A stretch of 62,195 nucleotides of DNA, filler included, from Squatina squatina (Eukaryota), in the NCBI GenBank assembly GCA_031763465.1. It is 3 parts of 3 records of this genome, joined end to end, with 100 filler letters (N's around TTAATTAATTAA, not from the genome) between each part and the next. Parts side by side here need not be neighbours in the genome. Positions count along the whole stretch, not along the records: positions 1 to 20,714 come from JARFOE010000046.1; positions 20,815 to 40,784 come from JARFOE010000057.1; 1 more part is not named here. The stretch is one strand, 5' to 3'. The position numbers and the translations under genes are program-made. Each line of letters opens with the position of its first letter. Positions within the stretch are counted from its first letter, which is position 1. This document shows positions 13,760-24,725 of the stretch, piece by piece. A model generated the notes under the pieces. That model searched no databases and was not told where the DNA came from. It saw only the letters and a list, made by a program, of their open reading frames with translations.

Positions 13760-14258
13760 AGGCCCTAAAATTGCGGTCAGAGGCATCCTGTGGGTTCTGA
13801 CCAGTAAGGTTTTTACGAAAGTACCTGGTGGTCCTGGGCCTCTATGCGAACACCAGCATAGAGGCCTATGTCTCCCAGCAGCCTATACGCTTAGCTTGGA
13901 TCATGTGGGCAGGCCCAACCAATCATAGGGGTATCCCCATTCATAGTATGTACGGAACTCAGCATCAGTATGAATGAGAATACCAAAAAAAAAACACAAA
14001 TGCATATAAATAAATGAAAAAAAAAGTTCAAANNNNNNNNNNACACTTGCTTTTACCAGCGTAAGGAATTGAAGAGCTTTCGTTGGGCCCCCGGAGGCCC
14101 TGCTCCCGGAGAGGCATGTGACCTGTCCAGAGAAATCTTGATATCGCAAGTTCCGGGTTCAGGCGCATCCGCAGTGCGTGCCTAAACCGGAACTTGTGCG
14201 GCCCCTACGAGCGCGTGCGCACTTCATACGCACCCGTAGGGGCCATGATTTCAGGCTC
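13760..14258. mobile_element. GC-rich non-autonomous DNA transposon (MITE-like) with internal hairpins
   Basis: Degenerate terminal inverted repeats (GGCCCTAAAATTGCGG / CCATGATTTCAGGCTC) and two 10-bp-stem hairpins at 14147-14244. Confidence 0.5.
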
Positions 14259-14478
14259 GAGGCGATCGCCTCTCATTCTTCTAAACTCCAGAGAGTTTAG
14301 GCCCGTTGGAGGGTGACCAAAAGCTTGGTCCAAAAAAAGTTGAGGTGGAGGGGTTTCGGGAGGGTATCCCAGAGAGTGNNNNNNNNNNNNNNNNNNNNNN
14401 NNNNNNNNNNNNNNNNNNNNNNNNNNNNNNNNNNNNNNNNNNNNNNNNNNNNNNNNNNNNNNNNNNNNNNNNNNNNNN

Positions 14479-15180
14479 ATACCTTAGATCTGTGAAATCT
14501 GGTTACAGACCCTCCTGCCACTGGAAAATATTTCTCCTTATTTACTCCATCAAAACACTTCATGATTTTGAACACCTCTCCCCTTAACCTTTTCTGCTTA
14601 AAGGAGAACAACCCCAACTTCTCTCGTCTCCCCATATAACTGAAGTCCTGCATCCCTGATACCATTCTAGCAACTCTCCTCTGCACCCTCTCTCAGGCCT
14701 TGACATCTTTTCTAAAGTGCAGGTGCCCAGATTGAACAATACTCCAGCTGGTGCCTAACCAGTGCTTCAGAAAGATTAAGCATAACTTCCATGCTTTTGA
14801 TTTCTATGGCTGTTTATAAAGCCAAGGATCCTGTATGCTTTTTTAACAGCCTTCTCCACTTGTCCTGCCACCTTCAAAGATTTGCGTACTTTCACCTCCA
14901 GGTCACTGTGTTCCTGCACCCCCTTTAGAAAGGTGCTATAAAAATGCAAGTTGTTGTTGTACCATTTAGTTTATATTGCCTCTCCGTATTCATCATACCA
15001 AAATGTATCACTTCACCTTTATCTGCATTAAATTGCATCTGCCACGTGTCTGCCCATTTTACCAGTCTATCTATGTTCCCCTGAAGTCTGTAACTCACTG
15101 TTTACTACAATCCCGAGCTTTGAATCATCTGCAAACATTGAAATTGAGCTCTCTATAACCAAGTCCATGCCATTAATATC
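14479..15180 (-). mobile_element. CR1 LINE ORF2 fragment
   Basis: Reads VQRRVARMVSGMQDFSYMGRREKLGLFSFKQKRLRGEVFKIMKCFDGVNKEKYFP. Upstream are TWQMQFNADKGEVIHF and a decayed FADD motif. Confidence 0.85.
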
Positions 15181-15199
15181 TATCAAGAAGAACATCTGG

Positions 15200-15924
15200 A
15201 CTCATCTGTAAAGATTTCATCTTTTTCTTTCGTTTCATCCTTTGCCTCATTCGGCGCTCTAACAAAAAACTTTTTTCCTTCCTTTCAGGTGTCAAGGATT
15301 GTATGCTTCAACAACTCTAAGACACCAATGCCCCCTCCGGAACCTTCTTCCCCTTCCCTTTCCTCTAATCCCATCACTTCGTCCAATCTCACCCCCTGCC
15401 GTGTTTTCACTATTCCCTCTGACCTTCTCCTCTCTGACTTCAAATAATCCGTCCTCAGCAAAGGCCTGAGTTTCATCCCCTTACGCCTCCATCTCAATGA
15501 ATTTCGAGCTTGGCACGACTCCGAACTCTTTTCCACTGCCTTCGCCTCCGTGTCCACTTCTTTGGCCGAGAGTCTTCCCTCCACACAGCTGACCCTTTCT
15601 CCCATTTTCAGAATTCTTGCTCTACCTGGACCTCTCCATCTCGCCTCTTAGCTTCTCTAGATCTTTTCATTGCAAACTGCTGGTGTGACATTGGCCGTCT
15701 CAATTTCTCTGCTCCCCTCAATCATTCCAACCTACCTCCCTCTGAACTTGCAGCACTCCGCTTTCCAACCCCGACATTGTCATTAAAGCTGCTAACAAGG
15801 GTGGCGCTGTTGTTATTTGGCGGATCAATCTCTACCTTGTGGAGGCTGAACGCCAACTCTCTGACATCTCCTCTTACCTCTCACTGGACCATGACCCACT
15901 ACTGAACATCAAGTCATCATTTCC
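15200..15924 (+). mobile_element. Penelope-like retroelement ORF fragment
   Basis: Reads PCRVFTIPSDL..SVLSKGLSFIP..LRLRVHFF..NPDIVIKAANKGGAVVIWR..EAERQLSD. The LSKGLxF and IKxADKG motifs precede the RT in Penelope-like elements. Frameshifted. Confidence 0.85.
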
Positions 15925-17064
15925 NNNNNNNNNNNNNNNNNNNNNNNNNNNNNNNNNNNNNNNNNNNNNNNNNNNNNNNNNNNNNNNNNNNNNNNNNNNN
16001 NNNNNNNNNNNNNNNNNNNNNNNNTTGGTCACTGTGTTACCCACAATGGAGATATGAACATTGAAACGATCAACTTGAATTGTTACAGTAAGTATGCCAT
16101 AATATGGACTATTATAGGAACTTTGGCAAGCGGTACCGCAACTGAGTTCGACAGTACTTTCGCGAGACCACACGTGGTTCAGATCGGAGAGACATATTGA
16201 TGTTGTCTTCTCATTTAATGGATGCCTGCAGTATAGTAATGTAAGGAATACATTAGAAAGAAGTGCTCAAAAGAACAGAGAAGGAAAAATGTGGTGTCGT
16301 ATGTCCTTGCCTTCAATTTGTTAAAATAGTGCAACCAGCACCTAGATGATGGGTGAGGCTATAAGTTGAAGAGGAAAGCTTCAACATCAGATGTAGAAAT
16401 ATAAATAAAATATTCATAAACATGCTAATCTCAATCATGAGATTCTTCCGACAGACAAAAAGTTTAGAAAGTGCTACTCTTCAAGGAAAAGCCGATGTCA
16501 ACTGTGTTTTTGAGAACTGGTAGCAGAACTCAAGTTTTTGTAATCCAAAGAATATTTTAGATAAAGAGACACTAGAATACAGAAGAAGGCAAGCATGAGG
16601 TCTGTGTTTTGGCACAAAACCTAGTAGTTTTTGTAGTGAACATAACAGACTCACATCAAAATAAATCAGCCAGAATGATGTCAGATGAAAGATGGCTTTT
16701 TCAGTGCTATTCTCTGAAGAGAATCTAATCCTAGTACCTATTATCTTATTAATAAAGCCATCTGTAGTGAATTTGAGCATCAAAGATATCCAGAAAGTGT
16801 CTAATGTGAAAATACATTCCAATAAGACATTGGTGAAAGCTCAGAAAACACAAACGCCAGACTGACTTCGGAAGAAGTTCAAAAAGAGAAGCTCTGGTTT
16901 ATGATCACCAAGTGTTACACTTGCTCTGGTAAGGTAGGATCAGAACAAAGAGTTGATATGATTAACATATTAACATTATACCGTGGCACCAGCATAACAT
17001 TGTACCATTTTAAGAGCTACAAAGATAGTTAACCTGTCTGCATGCACCACTTCTGGGGTTAGAC

Positions 17065-17609
17065 TGTAATATATTAATGACTTGCATGAAGGAATGGAGT
17101 TGTTTATCTAAGTTTGCAGATGACATAAATTAGGAGGCAGAGTAATTTGTGTGGATGGGAGCAGGAAGTTACAAAGACACATAGGACAGACTAAGTGAGT
17201 AGGCAAAACTATTGCAGATGGAGTTTAATGTGTGGAAGGGTGAGGTCATCCACTTTGGATCAGAGAAAGACAATTCAGAATAATGGTGAAAGATTAGAAG
17301 CTGTGGAGGAGCAAGGAGATTTAGGTGTCCATGTACATTAATCATTAAAAAATAGTGCACATGTATAAATGTAATCAAAAAGGTTTTTGGAGTATCGGCC
17401 TTTATCTCAAAGTGGTTGGAATTCAAAAGTGAGGAAATGCTGTTTGAGTTATACAGAGACTTGGTCAGACCACATCTGGACATTACATTCAGTTTTGGGC
17501 ACTGCACCCAGGAAAGATATGATGGCCTTGGAGAAGGTACAGCGCAGATTCACCAGGATGATACCAGGGCTTAAAGGGTTAAATTATTCAGGCAGGTTGC
17601 ATAAACTTG
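17065..17609 (+). mobile_element. CR1 LINE RT fragment, interrupted by a MITE at 17610
   Basis: Reads IYINDL..KFADD..QMEFNVWKGEVIHFG..LVRPHL..RKDMMALEKVQRRFTRMIPGLKGLNYSGRLHKLG. Confidence 0.85.
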
Positions 17610-18274
17610 GGGGGCAAAATTGCCCCTTTTCAGAGCCCCGCTAGCGCTTCTGCCCGGGAGGTTGCAGAGGTGCTGCCTTGGCAGCGCCGCCACCCGCAGT
17701 TAGCGCCCCAGTCCGCTGCGCAATCGGCGATGATGTCATCGCCTTGTGCGGTGACGCCTCACCGCCCTACACCGACCCCTTAATGCTCCGTGGGCCAAAT
17801 TGCCCCACAGATTGAGAGGCTAGCGCGGGTGGGTGTCAAGGCCAAAGCTGACGGACATCTATTCTAGGGGCACTGATTATAGGGGAGGGTGCCAGAGCCC
17901 TGGGCCACTATCCTTTTTTGTCTGCCGACTCTTGGGTTGGCTCAACGATGACGGCAGCCCTAGTGTGGTCCGGGCCGCCATCGTGAAGACCGGCACTCCG
18001 TCTTGGGAGCCAGGCCGCTGGCCCGGTTGTACGCTGCCCTGGTGGCACAGTGCCGGCCATCAGAGGCCATGCAGAGTGTGCAGCGGCCGTGCCCTTTAAT
18101 TGACTCACCACCCCAGTAGCGCCCCGGGACCCACCCCCAGAAGAAGTGGCGCGCCGGAGATTGCATTCCGCTTCCTTTGAAGGGTGGTTCGCCCAATTCA
18201 GCATCAGGGGCACTAAAAGTTCCAGCCCAGGAAGGTTACCATCCCTACTCGGAGCATGGGGCTATTTCACCCCC
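17610..18274. mobile_element. GC-rich MITE (Harbinger-like)
   Basis: TIRs GGGGGCAAAATTGCCCC / GGGGCTATTTCACCCCC, with flanks TTG and TT(N). Confidence 0.75.
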
Positions 18275-19694
18275 TTNNNNNNNNNNNNNNNNNNNNNNNN
18301 NNNNNNNNNNNNNNNNNNNNNNNNNNNNNNNNNNNNNNNNNNNNNNNNNNNNNNNNNNNNNNNNNNNNNNNNNNNNAGAATCCCTGCAATCTTCCAACTC
18401 TGGTTTACTGTGCGGTCTCCCCTAGCGTCACATGGTCTTTGTGCATTCAGGTATTTCACCCCACACTCTGAAATTCTCTACCAATCTGTACCAAATCGCA
18501 AGACCATCTTCCCACTAATTCCCCTCCTTCTGCTGCTTGAGTCCCACACTGAACTACTAAGAGTCCTAGGATGTCCTGCTGTGTTAAAGACATGGCGTCA
18601 ACATAAAATGTTGAAGCACTCATGGTTAGTGAAGGTATCAAATGTGCTTAATTCAGTCCCCATTGTATTGTTAGCATCTCAGTTTAAACAATAATAAAAC
18701 ATATTAAAAATAATTCAACAGAAACAATATCATCATTTTGCATGTTTGTGATTGATTTTTTTAAAAAACAGAATCCAGGTCGCGAGATTATCATTTTAAA
18801 AGGTTTATTTTGTAAATGAGCTGTATTAATTTTATATGCAACTTTAAACTGATTAGCGCTGTTGAGATCTGTCTGTAAATGAGTCCAAGGAATACCAATT
18901 TTATAGATTGTGATAACCACATTTAAAATTTACTTTTGGGGAGGGTAAACGTGAAAGTGAAAAATTTTGTACTGCTTTGGAAAAAAATGGGAAATTTGCA
19001 ATTAGCTAATATTTGTGTCTGTCACCACTATGTCACTTCTCGAAAATACATTATAGTGGAGCCCAGAGCCAGGTGATTAAAAAGATGTGTGTCTTCATTG
19101 GTGCTTGAAGATTGTGAGTTAAACAATTCCTGGCAGCTTCAGTCTAGTCCCCAGTGGACTTAAATCCACACCACAAAACAGCACAGGATCCAATATTTAA
19201 TTCTTCTGTTTCAACATAGCTGGGGGAGGGGCCCATGAACCAGAGGGACCATGATACTTGAGAAGGAACCTCAGATTTCAGGAATATGGTAACATGCCTG
19301 TCTTCGCAATCTGGCCGCTGGCAAGACATTCGTTTATACCAAATGACAAACGCTTTCCAGTAAATTATTGAGTCGGATCTTTTCGAAATGAATCTTCATT
19401 TTCTGTTGCATGTGTCAGCCACATGGTTTGAAATACCACTCCACAACTCCCCCTAGTGTGATCGTTAAAAGTAAAAACATCTTTATCAGATTGATGTGTT
19501 TTAACTTACTAAATCCAAAGGAAATCAAAATGAAAACAAAGAAGAAAAACAGAACTACAGCACCAATGTGTGTTTTGCTGTACAGAAACGAGTTCAGAAA
19601 TGACAACAGCGATAGCGAGAACAAAAGCCAAGTCATTTATTAATGTGGTCCGATGAACCCCAAGTTTATGATCTAATGTTCCAATGTATTAGTA

Positions 19695-19910
19695 ATGGGT
19701 CTGGAGTTTGATAAAGGATCTGGAAGGCCCTGCCTGAAAGGTTGGCGGAAGCAGATTCAATAGTAACTTTCAAAAGGGAATTGAAATGGAGAGATTTGCA
19801 GGGCTATGGGGAGAAGAGCAATTAGCGGAACTAATTGGATAGTTCTTAAAGAGCCAGTACAGGCCCGATGGGCCAAATGGCCTCCTTCAGTGCTGTATGA
19901 TTCAATGATG
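19695..19910 (+). mobile_element. CR1 LINE 3' end
   Basis: Reads IWKALPERLAEADSIVTFKREL, followed by the tail GATGGGCCAAATGGCCTCCTTC. Same family as 10603-10835. Confidence 0.75.
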
Positions 19911-20034
19911 AAAGTGTTGTGTAAAAAATAGTAGNNNNNNNNNNNNNNNNNNNNNNNNNNNNNNNNNNNNNNNNNNNNNNNNNNNNNNNNNNNNNNNNNN
20001 NNNNNNNNNNNNNNNNNNNNNNNNNNNNNNNNNN

Positions 20035-20175
20035 GCCTATCTATCCATCTGTCTGTCTGTCTGTCTTTCTCTGTTTATTGACTATTTGTATGTATAATCT
20101 ATCTATCTATCTATCAACTGATCTAGCTATCTATCTATCTCTGTCTGCCTGTCTATCTATCTATTGTATATATAT
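20035..20175. repeat. (TATC)n/(TGTC)n compound microsatellite
   Basis: Directly visible. Confidence 0.9.
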
Positions 20176-20714
20176 TTTAAATAGAGAACAACCAATAAAT
20201 ACCCCCTCTATACCTTAAGGAGTGAACTCAAATGTCTGCTAATACAGAACATCTGCGCATGTAGTTACAATGTCTTGCCTTGATACAAGATACAGTTCAT
20301 TCCTTGGTCTTACTTGATGTTTGATATTCTGCGAGGCATCAAGGGAGTAAATACCCTAAATTTGTCCCATTTGTTGATGATTTTTCAATAATCGTGCTCA
20401 CTAACGGCGACAACCTATCAATGACACTAATAAGATTCAGGGGAGGTTTGGATTAATAGGAACAAATTGGAGATGTTCCAGATAATTTGCTTCAGATACC
20501 AGCTGGAATAACTTCAAGTTGCCTTAATAACATGGCAAGACACAGCTAGATGGCGAGCAAAATAAATTCCAGCCATGCAAAAGGAGGCCATGTTCAAAAG
20601 CAGGATAAAATATGGATTTGCATCATACCGCAATCCACATTGGGATGTTTATGCTGGTGCCAAGTTTCTTGCCAGTTTACACATTCTATTTTCCCTTTAT
20701 CAATTTCTTGGTCC

Positions 20715-20814
20715 NNNNNNNNNNNNNNNNNNNNNNNNNNNNNNNNNNNNNNNNNNNNTTAATTAATTAANNNNNNNNNNNNNNNNNNNNNNNNNNNNNN
20801 NNNNNNNNNNNNNN
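20715..20814. other. Artificial scaffold-joining linker
   Basis: 44 N + TTAATTAATTAA (20759-20770; stops in all six frames) + 44 N. Confidence 0.95.
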
Positions 20815-20854
20815 ACATCAAAGATCCAAAAGATACACCAGACTAAGAGTCAGT

Positions 20855-21031
20855 GGGGGTAACTTTGACTTTAAACTGGGTAACAGTGAATCAGCAGCCT
20901 GTTTAAAGATAGCAATTGACAGATGTTAATGAAGTCAATGGAAATTTTTTAAAAAATGGGAGAGATGGAAAACGGGCTGCCAATTTGCTATCACTTGCTT
21001 TACACTATCGCACAAAGTCAACATTACCCCC
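20855..21031. mobile_element. Fold-back MITE, internally decayed copy
   Basis: TIRs GGGGGTAACTTTGACTTT / AAAGTCAACATTACCCCC (16/18 match). Same family as 24189-24364. Confidence 0.75.
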
Positions 21032-22894
21032 AATTGTGCCCTGCAATTTTTATTACCGTGCAGGCTTCTCTATTAGATCAATATTAGCAGGCAAGGACAA
21101 TCTGATTGTTTTATATCGTTGTGAAAGCAATTGCGATGGTGCACTGCAGATTGCATTGTTGCTGTTGAAATGATTCCACCTTTTAGTGGCTCTTCGTGGA
21201 ACAGTGAAAGCCAAAAACCAAGATCAAACCCATTAATATGAAAGCAAGCTTACCGAGTTCCAACAGTTCACACTCTTCCCCTTTACCTTATTGGCATGCC
21301 CGTGTCGGAGCCTTTAAATGGATACACTTCACCGTATTCTATACAATATTATTATTGGCCACATTTCACAGCTTCCTGTTCGCCGAGACCTTTTACTCAA
21401 TGCATCTCAATCCACTTCTCTAGTATTAGAGATTAGGAGAGCCTGCACCTCACAGGAGCCTGGGACCTGGACTGAAGCCCACAGGCAGTTAACTGGTAGG
21501 CCATTAACTTGCAAAGTGTCAATTTACATAAATTTGGCCCCGAAAAAGGTGAGCAGGTTAAAGCCACCCGGTCATACATTTGACCCAGAATATTTTTCTG
21601 TAAACTTCCTTTTTGAAAATCTGGTTTAAAAAGCACAACAGCTAAAGAATGTCTTTCTTTCGCTCTCCTCTGGATTGGATCTCAGAAATGTGCCAGAGGA
21701 AATTCAAACCATCTACTGCCTACACACTAACCTCTGTGTAACCTCCTGCCTAACCCACTAATGGATTTACTAAGCTTATGTTGGCGTCATCATGGCATTG
21801 AGTTTCTTCTCTATGATACAATAATCAAATTCATGCAAAAGGATCTGTTGATCTCAGCCAGAGGACAAATATAAAGATTGACATGGATGCTTGATCCTTA
21901 TTACCTCAAAACTTAATATATTTCACTAAAAATAGAATAAATTTGAGGTCGCAGGGTGACTTAGGTTCGCAAAAAGAGCATATGAAAGATTATAGAAAAC
22001 AAGAGTAAGATGCTACACAGTGCTGCTGTGGGACAGATAAAAACCTTGATCTTCTAACTCCCTTTTATGAATCCGGACACCAAGCAGTGCTCTATTATGG
22101 ATTGGTCATCTACATGAGAATAGATAACTAAAGAATTAACTCTAATGCAGCTCGGTTCGAGGTTCTGATCAAACAATCACAACAAATAAAAGCAAGACTC
22201 TTGGGACTAGTTCAATTTATGGCTGTAAAGCAATTGCCATGAGACATTAAAATGAATCTATTCTGCTTGACCTTAAATGCCTTTAAGGCAGACTTTGTTG
22301 ACTCCCAAGACCCATTCAATACCTTCACTTCACTGAAGAGGCAGTTTCTTTGATGCTTCGTACCATCTGTAGAAGTTTCTGAGAGGAATTGTGCCAGACT
22401 TAATCCTCTTTCTGGGGCAGTGAACCCAGCATGCAGGAAATCGCTAAAGGTTCAAAAATCGCTAAAGGTTCAAAAATCCAAATCTTCAAAAAAGTAAGAA
22501 GTGCTAAAAAAAAAATCTTTGAAATTCAAAGACATGTTTTAAAAAATATATATATACACATTTTATATGGTTCAAAGAGAAATACTTTCATACTTTCCAT
22601 ATTTGACAGTTAAGATTCCTCTCAGAACTGCTCATCTGGGTTAAGGGCAGAAGAGGAATCAGCAACTGACTGTTTAGAATTTAATCTGTTTGACATCCTT
22701 GGAATCGAGGTTGGATCTCCATGCTCTTACATAGGGGGGGATTATTGTAAATGAAATACAGTGCTCAGATCAGATTCCTGAGCAGGACAGATCCCAGTGG
22801 GTTGTTTTTTTAAAAAAAAACTATAATATTCTGAAAGCTAGAACAAAGTTGGCAAGATATACTGTATTGGTAATTCCCTGAACAGCAGTTTATT

Positions 22895-23140
22895 TTTTAA
22901 ATTTGTTCCTGGGGATGTGGGTGACCCTGGCAAGGCCAGCATTTATTGCCCATCCCTAATTGCCCTGGTGGTGGTGAGCTGCCTTATTGAACTGCTGCAG
23001 TCCATGTCGCGGTTTGGGACAACTGGCTTGCTAGGCAGTTAAGAGTCAACCACATTGCTGTGGGGCTGGAGTCACAGATAGGCCAGACCGGGTAAGGGCA
23101 GCAGATTTCCTTCCTGAAGGAACATTAGTGAACCAGTTAA
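22895..23140 (-). mobile_element. 3' end of a shark-type LINE/SINE family
   Basis: GGCAAGGCCAGCATTTATTGCCCATCCCTAATTGCCC..AAGAGTCAACCACATTGCTGTGGG, related to 8005-8112. Confidence 0.65.
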
Positions 23141-23273
23141 AAATAATATGTAATTCAATTTATTTGCCAGTTTGTGGATTTATTAAGATGGATATTCCAT
23201 GTACTTACTGCCAGTCTGGAAATTCACTCACCAGTCATGTGCTCAGACACATAGCCTAATGTAAAATCACTGT

Positions 23274-23690
23274 GGGGAAAATTCAACTCACGGCCATTTG
23301 TTTTGCACCTGAAATAAGGACTGAAAAAAGAAATAAGGAGTTGAAAGTTGTGTTGGGGTGAGTGGGGGGTGGAGGCAGGGTGACTGTCCCATTGATGCCC
23401 AAGACGCACCTGATGCCATATTCAGGCAGATCTATAAATATGAGACCTGCCCACCTGAAACAGGCATAAGGCTGCTTTGTAACTCAACTCGGGATCCGTA
23501 CGCCGGCTGTAGGGCCCTAATGCGAAATGGGCGGACCTCGCTCCGTGCCAGTTCCACCTCGATGTACCAGACACTGAGCAGCCTAACCAGCATTCCATTG
23601 AAGTTCCTTAAAGGGACCACTAGTGGTCGCTCAAGAAAAGACCCTGAAATTTATTTCAGAGGCTTGTGTTGGGGGCCATGAGGAACAGAA
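23274..23690. mobile_element. GC-rich MITE fragment
   Basis: Begins GGGGAAAATTCAACTCA. The same terminal motif occurs inverted at 31416-31433. Confidence 0.5.
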
Positions 23691-24188
23691 GTGTTAACTT
23701 ATCTTTTTCTTCCAGATGTTGATCAAGCTGCTATATATTTTCACCATTTTATGTTTTTATTTAAGATTTGCAGTATTTGCAGCTCACCTTTTTAAAATTT
23801 CACTACATCAATGCAGGAACCTTTCTGAATATCCTTTCATGAGGTCATATACCATCATTTAAAGCTTTTGCCATAAGATTTTTTTAATTACCTTTTGAAG
23901 TCTCAGCCACACACATCAAATCCATATGTTGAGCTAAAAATATTCCTTATTTAACTCAATAATTTAACAAGGCCTAGGCAATTTGGGTCTGCATAACTTA
24001 ATTGCCAAATACTGCACAAATGTTAAAGCGTTGATGTACTTATTTAAAAGGAAGCAATTAACTGGGAGTTTGGTGTTTCTACCCATGTCTATTTACTGGG
24101 TACCTCACCCACCACAAACATGTAAGATGGCTGATATTTTGCCAGTGATTTTCCATTCATTTGTTTCAAGGGCTGGTGAGCATTCAGA

Positions 24189-24364
24189 GGGCTAGATTTT
24201 GACTTTGTGCAATAGTGTATAACGGGTGTTCGTGCATCAGCCACCCATTAGACATCGCTCTGGATTTTTATTTCCACTGAAGTCACTGGAAATAAAAATC
24301 GGGAGAGATATAACATGGGCTGCCAATTCACTACCACCTGTTTTACACTGTTCAAATCTACCCC
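24189..24364. mobile_element. Fold-back MITE with 3-bp TSD
   Basis: AGA|GGGCTAGATTTTGA ... TCAAATCTACCCC|AGA, with a central 14-bp perfect stem GATTTTTATTTCCA / TGGAAATAAAAATC. Confidence 0.85.
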
Positions 24365-24394
24365 AGAGAATCATTGTATACACTTAATAGTTAT

Positions 24395-24725
24395 GACTTG
24401 CCTGAATTTGTGGCCCCGATATTAACCTGGAGATGGGAACGGAACGGGAGTAGGGTGATAGTGGGCGACATGCCAGTAACACCGCGTGACGGTTAAGCTT
24501 GGCTGATTATAATGACATGATGTCATTTGAATAACACTTCCGGGTTTCATGCCATCATATGTGTCAGTGGGCATGAGGCTATTTTCCGGCACCTACTTAA
24601 AGGAAGGCAGAGGGTTGGAGGTATTTTGAAGGAAAAATAGAAGAACAAGATTGGTGAAATGGCAGCAAAGAGAGGGAAGGTGGTCCCCGATTTAGTGGTG
24701 TTTCCCTGGACTGCTGGGTGCTGTA
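24395..24725 (+). mobile_element. Left end of a Harbinger element with the decayed start of its Myb/SANT ORF
   Basis: TACTTAAAGG is followed by ATGGCAGCAAAGAGAGGGAAGGTGGTCCCCGATTTAGTGGTGTTTCCCTGG (MAAKRGKV/PRFSGVSLD, one frameshift). This parallels AKAAAHFNDTSLD at 39130. Confidence 0.45.

Noticed and set aside
16827-16928. Exon-like open stretch ending CTG|gtaagg
   Set aside because: Poor acceptor and no recognisable protein similarity.
22436-22480. 18-bp direct duplication AAATCGCTAAAGGTTCAA
   Set aside because: A simple slippage duplication with no further structure.
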